Assembly (NCBI RefSeq): GCF_006345805.1
Contig: NW_021823560.1
Span: 1 to 22,296 of the forward strand
DNA from: Octopus sinensis
Taxonomy: Eukaryota
Direction: 5' to 3'
Length of the DNA: 22,296 bases
The notes beneath the pieces are model-generated. The model did not search any database and was not told the origin of the DNA. It saw only the letters and a list, made by a program, of their open reading frames with translations. The translations under genes and the position numbers were made by a program. How positions within the stretch are numbered: the first letter of the stretch is position 1; the number at the start of each line of letters is the position of its first letter. Shown here piece by piece: positions 9,775 to 20,344 of the stretch.

Positions 9775-10920
9775 TTAAGATAAAGTATATTATAGTACAT
9801 GTTAATTCCGTGTACGCTGAAGAAAAACATGGAAGATGATATTCGTCTCGCGAACGATTTTATGTTGACAGATGCAAGAAGAGTTTAAAATCTGCAAATT
9901 GGATTCTACAGAGGGTCTTTCTGAGAACGGAAGAAGGCAATATTCGGTAAGAAACTTAATGCAGAGGTGGGGCTGATAGATAAAATATGGGAGAAATTAA
10001 GAAGAAATATGAGTGGATCGGGTGTTGCTCAGTAGAGGGCTTTCGTCAGTGCGATCCAAAATACATGCATCTGTTGCAGCAGTACACCTAGATATGGCAA
10101 GACATTTGAATTGAGATGTAAAATGGATTTGTAGAGGGTGAGTATTTAAAAAAAAATTTTATAAAGAAGGAAATCGGTCTTTGTTAAGCAGTATTTAGTA
10201 TACATTGTACGTGCTTTCGAAAAGGTAGAATCTCAAGTTTATAACGAGACGTAGAATTTGTAGATACATAAAGTAATCTGGTCGCATTCTGTTCATAGTT
10301 GATGGGTGGAATACGTTTTGATAATTCTTTGGCCTTTATATGTAAAGATTATGCCTTGCACTACTGAACGAGTCACGGCAGATATGATCATTTATGGGAG
10401 TTATGAACGTTACTGACACATACAAAGAAGAATATGATATAACGACCAAGCAATGCATTGTATGAAAGCCGTTCTACACCCACAATAGCGAATAAGTGAC
10501 CTTTGTCTGAAACACAGCCATTATAAACTGCTGCAAGTCTATTAACTATTGCCCTATTGCTTATGAAAAACCAAGTTGATGGTTTTAGGCGTTGTTTGAA
10601 TAACCAAATTTAAATAGTTTTCAATTCCATCTTTACTATTTGCACTAAATTCATATCCATTACCGGGAGAGACATTTATTGGTGTAATATAGGAAGTATT
10701 TATTGCAGTGATACTGCAAAAGTATTTCATCCGTTTTTCAGTTGTAAAGTAGTTATCTTGTTTTAACATGAGAATTATGTTCTGTTACGCTTTTACATCC
10801 TGTTCTTGCTGTATTATAACACAAGATATGCATTTTAGACCTATTCTCATAAACACAGTATTGTGTATTTTGAGATGGGTTTTCATAAACAACTGAAACT
10901 AAAGAGACACATATCGCATA

Positions 10921-11324
10921 GGCGCAGGAGTGGCTGTGTGGTAAGTAGCTTGCTAACCAACCACATGGTTCCGGGTTCAGTCCCACTGCGTGGCATCTTG
11001 GGCAAGTGTCTTCTGCTATAGTCCCGGGCCAACCAATGCCTTGTGAGTGGATTTGGTAGACGGAAACTGAAAGAAGCCTGTCGTATATATGTACATATAT
11101 ATATATGTGTGTGTGTGTGTGTTGTTTGTGTGTCTGTGTTTGTCCCTCTAGCATTGCTTGACAACCGATGCTGGTGTGTTTACGTCCCCGTCACTTAGCG
11201 GTTCGGCAAAAGAGACTGGGCTTACAAACAATAAGTCCCGGGGTCGATTTGCTCGACTAAAGGCGGTGCTCCAGCATGGCCGCAGTCAAATGACTGAAAC
11301 AAGTAAAAGAGAAAAGAGAAAGAG
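10921..11324 (+). mobile_element. SINE family A, full length
   Basis: A-box-like TGGCTGTGTGG (10931-10941), B-box-like GGTTCAGTCC (10974-10983), CTTGGGCAAGTG centre, internal TA/TG microsatellite, 3' half ending ACTGAAACAAGTAAAAGAG with a short repeat tail. Confidence 0.95.
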
Positions 11325-11368
11325 ATATCTATCTGTCCATCCACCCATCCACATATCCGTCCATCCAT

Positions 11369-11548
11369 ACATATATAGAGAGAGTTTACGGAAAAAATCA
11401 AAAGACGAAGACAGGTGGTGTACGAAAACAGACAGAAGTATTAGTATAACGCTCAGGAATAAAAAAAAGTCTTTTACGTTTCGAGCCTACGCTCTTCTAC
11501 AGAAAGAGACACGGAAAGCAAAGAGAGAAACAAGGGGAGAAAAAATGG
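11369..11548 (-). mobile_element. Penelope-like pseudo-LTR-type repeat fragment
   Basis: Pyrimidine-rich minus strand containing CTGTAGAAGAGCGTAGGCTCGAAACGT, followed by TTCCTGAGCGT..TAATACTT (shared with 11891-12148); ends in TA repeats. Confidence 0.6.
11470..11507 (-). ncRNA. Minimal type I hammerhead-like ribozyme (core CUGUAGA)
   Basis: TCTTT-[CTGTAGA]-A-GAGC(GTAG)GCTC-GAA-ACGT-A-AAAGA: perfect 5-bp stem I, perfect 4-bp stem II, ACGT palindromic stem III, GUA triplet; A6 replaced by U. Confidence 0.6.
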
Positions 11549-11552
11549 TATA

Positions 11553-11720
11553 GGCGCAGGTGTGGATGTGTGGTAAGTAGCTTCCTTACCAACCACATCG
11601 TTCCGGGTTTAGTCTCACAGCGTGGCACCATGAGCAAGTGTCTCCTACTATGACCTTGTGACTGGATTTGGTGGACAGAAACTGAAAGAAGCCCGTCCTG
11701 TATATATGCATGTGTGTGTA
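11553..11720 (+). mobile_element. SINE family A, 5' half
   Basis: GGCGCAGGTGTGGATGTGTGGTAAGTAGC...GGATTTGGTGGACAGAAACTGAAAGAAGCCCGTC; internal deletion before ACCTTGTGA. Confidence 0.88.
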
Positions 11721-11890
11721 TACAGAGAGAGGAGGCGAAATGGTATATGAGTAAGACATTCAGTAAAATATACATATACATTATGTGTTTATATTTTGTA
11801 TGCATATATGTATGGACATATGTATGTATATATATATATATGTATATGTATATATGTATGTATATGTATATATATATATATATATATATT

Positions 11891-12148
11891 TAAAAACCTT
11901 GATTCGACTACCTCTCAACTTCTGTTCTTTCAACATATGATCTCTTGAGCACCACCAGCAAAATATTTTTTCTTCTGTCTTCCCTTCTTGGGATCTTTCC
12001 TTCTCCTTGTTTCCGACGAAGAGCTCCGTTCGAAACGTTAAACCCTCCTTCCCTTCTTTCCTGAGCGTCAATAATACTTTAATTGTTCCACGTCCTGCGT
12101 TGCTGTGTTTTTTTCTCTTTTTTTCTGTGTTTTCTTGTTTGGATTAAC
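11891..12148 (+). mobile_element. Penelope-like pseudo-LTR-type repeat fragment between (TA)n tracts
   Basis: Pyrimidine-rich island with CCGACGAAGAGCTCCGTTCGAAACGTTAAAC and TTCCTGAGCGTCAATAATACTT; bounded by TA microsatellites. Confidence 0.6.
12009..12043 (+). ncRNA. Minimal type I hammerhead-like ribozyme (core CCGACGA)
   Basis: GTTT-[CCGACGA]-A-GAGC(TCC)GTTC-GAA-ACGT-T-AAAC: 4-bp stem I, 4-bp stem II with one G-U, ACGT palindrome, GUU triplet; U4 replaced by C. Confidence 0.55.
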
Positions 12149-12257
12149 TATATATATATATATATATATATAAGGCGTAATCATTACATATAAAGGCCAA
12201 AGATTTATCAAAACGCATTCCACCCATTAAATATATATATATATATATATATATATC

Positions 12258-12325
<68 letters not shown>

Positions 12326-12326
12326 T
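12148..12326. repeat. (TA)n/(TG)n microsatellites with a roughly 60-bp spacer
   Basis: Direct reading. Confidence 0.9.
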
Positions 12327-12954
12327 TAGTACTTTTTAACAAGTAAAGACAAAATATACTGGTTAATGAACCACAGGGAACTGATTCTTTAGAGAGTACA
12401 AGGTAACAAAAAAAATTAGCGTTTTACGCACTCTGGATAAGCTACGATGTGCTTCGCCTATAATCGCCTTTCTATCTGTATTGGAGATATGTCTAAATCG
12501 ATATAGTAATCTGACTGGCATGACTGGGATTTCTAGCAGGTAGAATGCAGAGTATTATCCGGATTTACACGAAAGTATCTGTTTGCTTCTTTTGTTGTTG
12601 ATGCAAAAATGATGACACGAAGGAAAACAACAGCAATGACAACATCACCAACAACTGAACAGGCATAGAAATAAAATATAAATTTAAGAGACAAATAGGA
12701 AATAAATTTTTTGTGATATTTAGAAACTATAATTTACTGGCCGGCTGTTAGGGCGTAATGTTTACAAATTAAGACGAATCCAAACGTAAAAAGAAAGAAA
12801 ATAAAAAAAGAACAATCAATAATAAAAAAAAGGACAAAGTATAGAGTAAAATAATTTCTTTTCATTTTTCAACGGGCAAAGTAAATATCACTTAATGATT
12901 ATGCATAGTAGTACAAACAGGGCAGTAACACCTTAATAACGTTAACTCTGGCAT

Positions 12955-13085
12955 AATGATAACAACAACAATAGTAATTAGAAATAAATGAAGCCAAAAG
13001 CAACAACAACAGCAACAACAACAACAGTAGCAGCAGCAAGAACACTAATAATACTACCACTAATAATAATATTACTAATATAATC
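12955..13085. repeat. Compound trinucleotide microsatellite (AAC/AGC/AAT)
   Basis: Direct reading; produces the poly-Leu pseudo-ORF at 12899-13108. Confidence 0.9.
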
Positions 13086-13342
13086 GAAATAGGAAGGAAA
13101 TTATCCATCGGGAGTTAGGAATAACATACTAGCGTGCATCACACATAAACATCATTATTTCAATTAGCGAGAGATATTAGCAGTTTAATTCTTATGCTTG
13201 GCAAAATATGTTATGATCAAAACAAAGCGACCTCTTCTGGTGTTGTTCGTTGTTGCTTTTAGGTCGGTTTGTAGTTTGTCCATTTTTCGCTTTTAACTCT
13301 TCGCTCTTAATACATTATTTGTGTGTAGCTCTGCCTTTACTT

Positions 13343-13616
13343 CTGTCTGTCTGTCTGTCTGTCTGTATGTATGTATGTATGTATGTATGTATCTATGTAT
13401 GCATGTGTGTATGTATGTATGTATGTATGAATGTATGTGTATGTATGTATGTGTGTGTATGTATGTGTATGTATGTGTGTATATATGCATGTATGTATGT
13501 ATATGAGTATGCATGTGTGTATGTATGTGTGTATGTAAGTGTATGTATATATGTATGTGTGTATGTATGTTTGTCTGTATGTATGCACACATACGCATAT
13601 ATATATATATACATAC

Positions 13617-13657
<41 letters not shown>

Positions 13658-13731
13658 TAAATATATTCATATGGCTGTATTTATATCATTATATATGACT
13701 CTCTCACTCATCTTGCGCATATAATTATATA

Positions 13732-13777
<46 letters not shown>

Positions 13778-13925
13778 ATACACACATATATATATATATA
13801 TATATATATGCATATGTTTGTATGTATATGTACACAGATATATATATATATATGTATCTACATGCATATATACATACATACAAACATACATACAAATATA
13901 CGTTCCTACATTCATACATACATGG
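13343..13925. repeat. (TCTG)n-(TATG)n-(TA)n compound microsatellite
   Basis: Direct reading. Confidence 0.95.
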
Positions 13926-14585
13926 ACATGCACATATGACGTGTGAAAGACCTCTCCATGTTCTTTTTGCTTACGAGCATGTACTCAATACATGTTTTTT
14001 TGTATATTCATTTGTCCGAACATACCGATTCCCTCTGGAACCACATCAAGATTTTTGATCAATGTGTTTTTTTCAGGCTACTATGGTGTTGACAGATTGG
14101 TTTTTAGATGCAGTTAATTATCATTTGGCCCATATACTCTTTTCCTTGGTCGCATGACCTCAGGTTCCATTTCCGTTGGTGTTTACTATGCACCAAATGA
14201 AATATACGAATCTACTAATTACTGGAAGATTATTAGAAATAACAATTAAAAATCATTAGAAGGGTCTACGTTACTTACATTCGTAGAAACTGGAAACCCG
14301 AAAGTTAGGTCGCTCTTGATGTTTGTCCTGGTTTGTCACCGATTTTCTCGAAACGTCTAAGAATGATAAGTCAATGGGATTTAGAACATAATATTTCTCT
14401 ATGAGTGGCAACATGTTGATATTCCGCATCCTCTGTCGAAACTTTCAGTTGACTGGGCACTTTAGCATGTTCCAGTAATTGTACTGAAACTGTCACGTTG
14501 ATCTATTATTCCAGAGTGTCGTTTTTTAAATAAAATATTCGGTAGCCTTCGTTAGAATGTACGTGCGACCATTTTTCTACGTATA

Positions 14586-14803
14586 CTCTTTTACTCTTTA
14601 ACTCTTTTACTTGTTTCAGTCATTTGATTGCGGCCATGCAGGAGCACCGTCTTTAGTCGAGCAAATCGACCCCGGGACTTATTCTTTGTAAGCCCAGTAC
14701 TTATTCTATCGGTCTCTTTTTGCCGAACCGCTAAGTGACGGGGACGTAAACACACCAGCATCGGTTGTCAAGCAATGCTAGGGGGACAAACACAGACACA
14801 CAA

Positions 14804-14887
<84 letters not shown>

Positions 14888-15049
14888 GACAGGCTTCTTT
14901 CAGTTTCCGTCTACCAAATCCACTCACAAGGCTTTGGTCGGCCCGAGGCTATAGCAGAAGACACTTGCCCAAGGTCCCACGCAGTGGGACTGAACCCGGA
15001 ACCATGTGGTTGGTAAACAAGCTACTTACCACACAGCCACTCCTACGCC
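14586..15049 (-). mobile_element. SINE family A, full length
   Basis: Complete reverse-complement match to the 10921 copy, including the 3' half and an AAAAGAGT-type repeat tail; long internal (TA)n(TG)n. Confidence 0.95.
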
Positions 15050-16180
15050 TATGAAAACTGATCGTCTCTTCTGCTTAATATGAATGCAATTTCAATGTAA
15101 TTTTCTCTTTTAGTGTGGATTTAATCTTGTAAACATCTTGTATGGGAATTGTCAGTTGAGTGGGCAGTTTAACAATACTGCTTTAAGTTGTATTTCAGCA
15201 TTTAAGTTGCTGAGTTGCTTCAATTATTTGCGTTTTAGTAGAACATCGATTGAGTTAGGATGGAGGTGCACTGTTATGTAGAAAACTGCAGCTGTGTGAT
15301 TCATTGTTTCCTTTAAGTTTATATATCTAAGTGTGACAAAAGATTTGATACGAATTAAATACAGCAAGGACTTGATTTATATTATGGGATAAATGTATTG
15401 TTTGGCTGTTTTGCATAATTTGCTTTTTGCTAAGTCTACTAATCGCAAATGCTGCGTTATCTTCTTTTTACTTATTCATTGAATATTGTCTGTCAACTGT
15501 TGTTTGAACATAACTTCACAAAAAATAATTAAATAGACAAACATTAGCTTACATTCTTCGACGAATAAATACATGTTAGCTATGACATATATTAATGAGA
15601 CACAAGAATGTTAGAACAGGCGACAGGCGAATGCAGGTAAACTTTATATAGCGGCAATGTCTGGCAAAATATTAAACTTTAATATGTGATTTACATTAAA
15701 TTTAATACACGTGTCTTCTGGATTTAATTCTACTTGTATGCTTTTTGTTGAACAACAAACGTTCATTTGCACATCCTCCAATATTTAGAACAAGGAACCT
15801 ACATGGATCGGCAGAAAGCAGGGTGAGAGAAAAATAACTTGATATGTGAAATCTACAGAATAAAAAACAAATTCAATGTTAATTTAAGAAAAGACTACGA
15901 AATCATTATGAACCAGGAATTAAAAGTACAAAAATATTCAACTCTGTTTTTTGATTTCGACGAGCACTTAGTTGTTAAGTGAATAAAAATTAAAATGTAA
16001 ATTGAAAAACAAAAAATATTTTGCATCAGTCGTAAAAAAATATTTAATGTAGATAGAGATTATAAACAGAAAGAGTTCCTTACAGCTGTTTCTAGAATAG
16101 GCAAGCATGTGGACCATGATATTGAGTAAGGATTTTCTATACGCTATGTGTAGTATAATAAATTCTTTGAGTACAACTTA

Positions 16181-16553
16181 GGCACAGGAATGGCTGTGTG
16201 GTAAGTAGCTTGCTAACCAACCACATGGCTCCGGATTCAATCCCACTGAGTGGCATCTTGGGCAAGTGTCTTTTGCTATAGCCCCGGGCCGACCAATGCC
16301 TTGTGAGTAGATTTCGTAGACGGAAACTGAAAGAATCCTGTCGTATGTATGTATATGTATGTATGTGTGTGTGTGCGTGTTTGTGTGTCTGTGTTTTTTC
16401 CCCCTAGAATTGCTTGACAACCGATTCTGGTGTGTTTACGTCCCCGTTACTTAGCGGTTCGGCATAAGAGACCGATAGAATAAGTACTGGGCTTAGAAAG
16501 AATAAGTTCCGGGGCCGATTTGCTCGTCTAAAGGCGAAACAAGTAAAAGAGTA
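16181..16553 (+). mobile_element. SINE family A, near full length
   Basis: Colinear with the other copies; about 30 nt deleted between TAAAGGC and GAAACAAGTAAAAGAG. Confidence 0.93.
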
Positions 16554-16923
16554 ACTGCTTTGAACGCTACGGCTAAACGTTCACAGGCTGTATTCATCCT
16601 GATCTTCAATTATAATTACGAAATAATAAAAGATATTTATTTCATTACATAAGACACGCATAACCCAAGTGATACATATGCAAGCGAACTCGTTACACGT
16701 ATGATATATATGTCTCCGGACTGTTCGAGGATTGCTTTGCAGGACGGAACTTCGAAGTCTCTGTAAATACTCTTGGTGTTAAAGAACAATCGATACGTGC
16801 TTAGAAAAAGTATTGAATAATGCTTCAGTTTTTATTAGAACATAAAAGCAAAACATGAAACATGCATATGTGTGTGTGCGCGCGCGCGTGTTTGTTTGTG
16901 TGTGTATGTATGTATATATGCAT

Positions 16924-17152
16924 GCGGCGAGCTGGTAGAAACGTTAGCACACCGGGCGAAATGCTTTGCGATATTTCGTCCACCGCTGCGTTCTGAGTTC
17001 AAATTCCGCCGTGGTCGACTTTGCTTTTCATCCTTTCGGGGTCGATATATTAAGCACCAGTTACACACTGGGGTCGATGTAATCGACTTAATCCGTTTGT
17101 CTGTCCTTGTTTGTCCCCTCTGTGTTTAGCCCCTTGTGGGTAGTAAAGAAAT
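16924..17152 (+). mobile_element. SINE family B, full length
   Basis: Colinear with the 3724 copy. Confidence 0.93.
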
Positions 17153-18037
17153 ATATATATTCATGTGTATATACATGTATATACATATATATTTATGTAT
17201 GCTAATACATTATATATATATATCTGTGTGTACGTCTGTTCTAAGTATATAAATGCATGTGTGTGTCATATACATATATACATATTTATATATGCATATA
17301 CATGCGTATGTGTGTTTGAAGGTGTGCATGCTTGTATAAATTCGTGTGTCCCTATGCGTAGTATGTAATCCATATATGCTATAGATACGGACACGTACAC
17401 ACTTACACAGACTCACAAACACACAAGCATACGAATACACGAGCACTGACACACACACAGACACGTTTTAGTCTTTTAGGAACTGCCTCAATTTTCGGTT
17501 CATTTCTTGAATTGCATAACCAAACCGACACTGGAATAACCATTATATCATCGTTTAAATGGTAACATGCTAGCAAAATACTTTCGCCCAATTTACTACA
17601 ATGATGTTGCATCTGAGATTTATTCTGATGCACAAAAAATGCATATATCAAGGCTAAATTAATTTGCAGAAGAATATAAGCGAGTTTACTAAGGATCTAA
17701 AGCTGTTCCTAAGTCTTTGGATGTAAATATATGTTTATAATTAGCTTCCTGGTAATGTGTAACCAATTTTTGTTATATTTGCTTCCATCATCCTTTTAGG
17801 AAAGTGAAGAAAGGAGGGGTCTTGCCTTCGCATTTGTACAGAAGACGCAACATTAATCAAAGATTAGTCCCTGGTATATCGTTAACACCAAAGGCCATGA
17901 AATTTCATGATTATGTTCAATTCCATTTTTATGTTTGGCTTTTATTCACTTCTTTATGGGCAAATTGTTGGAAAGGTTAACCTTGCTGAAAGCACGTGAA
18001 AGGTTTCTCCCATTTCTAAAATATTCATTAATGCTCA

Positions 18038-18095
18038 GTATATATATATATATATTTTTATACATACAAGTATATATGTATATATATATACACAC

Positions 18096-18182
<87 letters not shown>

Positions 18183-18402
18183 AATATGTATGTATGTATA
18201 TTTAATGTATGTAGTGAGAGCAAACGATAGGTTGAAAAAACAGTAAAGAGGTTCCATCTTTAATCAATTCATGTAATTGATTTTATCCTTGGGTATATAT
18301 ATATATATTTTTTTATACATACAAGTATATATGTATATATATATATACACACTACACACACACACACACACACACCACATACATATATATTATATATATA
18401 TA

Positions 18403-18441
<39 letters not shown>

Positions 18442-18627
18442 TATATAAGTATGTATGTATATTTAATGTATGTGAGTGAGAGCAAAAGAAATAGGTTGAA
18501 AAAAGTAAGAGGTTCCATCTTTTATCAATTCATGTAATTGATTTTATCCTGGGTATATATATATATTATTTTTTGTACTACAATATATAATTATATATAT
18601 ATATACACACATACCACACACACACAC

Positions 18628-18672
<45 letters not shown>

Positions 18673-18835
18673 TATCTAATTTATATATATATATATATAT
18701 ACATATATATATAATGTATGTATGTAATTTTAAATGTATGTGAGTGAGAGCAACGATAGGTTGAAAAACAGTAAAGAAGTTCCATCTTTTATCAATTCAT
18801 GTTTGATTTTATCCTTGGTATATATATATAATATA
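18038..18835. repeat. Three tandem copies (about 255, 260 and 265 bp) of a unit made of microsatellites plus a roughly 85-bp unique core
   Basis: Core GTGAGAGCAA..GATAGGTTGAAAAA(C)AGTAAAGAGGTTCCATCTTT.ATCAATTCATGT..TTGATTTTATCCT(T)GG recurs; units start at about 18038, 18293 and 18553, with a partial fourth at 18818. Confidence 0.92.
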
Positions 18836-18996
18836 ATCTATAATATAGTGTGTGTGTGTGTGTCCGTCCTTATATATCCGGAAACATGATACATGCATAT
18901 ATACATACATAGATATAAACGCACACACGTTATCTGGAAATAGATATATGCCTATATCCTAAATGTATGCATATATATATGTATGTATTCGTGTGC

Positions 18997-19048
<52 letters not shown>

Positions 19049-19386
19049 GCACGCACACACACATACACAGACGCACACATCTGTTCATAGACTGTTGCTG
19101 AATAACAAACCAAACATAAATTGCCTATGATGTACGAATCGCATTTTGCAGGGAGAGAATTAGTAATTTCGGATCAAGATCAAGGGTACTAAATTCATAG
19201 CACACCCCAAGCGATGTCGATAATTTACTATGCAAGAGCATAAGGGAAAAACACAGACACAATGCGCAGTATATGAAACATTTTCATAATCTAGGATGCC
19301 AACGTCTAGTAATTCTCTCTCGCTCTCTTTTCACTTACATTGTATCTCTTTCCCTCGAAATGTACGTTTATATATGTATATACATG

Positions 19387-19392
19387 CATATC

Positions 19393-19470
<78 letters not shown>

Positions 19471-19490
19471 ATATATATATATATATTGTA
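19387..19490. repeat. (ATCT)n-(TA)n microsatellite
   Basis: Direct reading. Confidence 0.97.
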
Positions 19491-19656
19491 TATAAGGAAA
19501 AGGGACAAGCAACAGGTTGCTTGACCTCATACCGAAAAAATAGAAATAGCAGTCAAGAATGCTTATTTCTATCAAAGTGGGACTCCGGGCACGACAAACC
19601 CTGCAATTCACATATGCAAAACGGAAGGGATAGATAACGGAAACGAAGTCTGGTGG

Positions 19657-20075
19657 TTATATATATATATATATATATATAACATATCTATATATATATA
19701 TTACATATTTATATATATATATATATAGATTTATGTATATTATATATAATATATATATATATATATATACCATATATATATATAATATAATATATACAGA
19801 TAATATATATATATATATGACTATATATATAAATCTGTCTGTAATATATACATTACATATTATAATATGTATTATATATACGTGTGTGTGTATTGTATGC
19901 ATTATTATATATATATATATTATATATATAAAATAATATATATAAGATACATATATATCATACTATACATAGATACACACACACACACACACACACACAA
20001 CCCATAATATATATATATATATTATATATATACAAACATTGATACATGCATAAATACATATATGTGTGTGTGTGT
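19657..20075. repeat. Degenerate (TA)n/(CA)n/(TG)n microsatellite field
   Basis: Direct reading. Confidence 0.95.
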
Positions 20076-20344
20076 GCTGAGGCAGAGAATGCAGGGAAGG
20101 AGAGGGAGAAAGGGAGAGGGAAAAAGAGCATTTTCTAAATGTAAAGCTCAAATGAAAAGAATTGGCAGTAACTTCGAAGTACTCAACAATCTGTCTCTAC
20201 AGAATCTTTGTGTGCGTGTGGACGTATGCATACATACGTTTGACAAATACTGGCTGTTGAGAATCAGTGAATTAGCGTTATGAATGATTGGGCTACCTTA
20301 AAAGAAGTATACTTATATCACGTTGTGCGCATACGTCTTTCCTC

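Noticed and set aside
9830-10330. Possible decayed L1/Tx1 ORF2 3' region
   Set aside because: Only vague residue similarity across many stops; no convincing motif
10753-11805. ORFs of 93-133 aa recurring with similar sequence at 14765-15016 and 16178-16420
   Set aside because: They are SINE family A translations, not a gene family
12899-13108. Signal-peptide or transmembrane-like poly-Leu ORF
   Set aside because: Produced by an (AAC/AGC/AAT)n trinucleotide repeat
14320-14365. TCGAAACGTC as another hammerhead 3' half; also isolated CTGANGA at about 4338, 7254 and 9815
   Set aside because: No matching core, stem II or GAAA partner at the right distance
4590-14480. Shared 13-mer AATCCCATTGACT (NPID) at about 4602 and 14370 suggesting Tc1-type SPDLNPIE relics or paralogous exons
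   Set aside because: Similarity does not extend beyond the 13-mer and no other transposase motif is in register
17800-17873. Plus-strand candidate exon (CCTTTTAG|G...CCTG|GTATAT)
   Set aside because: Weak donor, unrecognised basic peptide, and it overlaps an alternative minus-strand interpretation
10600-17940. Shared TAAA(G/A)ATGGAATTGAA at about 10620-10640 and 17915-17935 (minus strand)
   Set aside because: Flanks do not align; plausible by chance in AT-rich DNA
18038-18835. CRISPR-like repeat/spacer array
   Set aside because: Eukaryotic context; the spacers are homologous microsatellites and the repeats are long and indel-ridden; no cas genes
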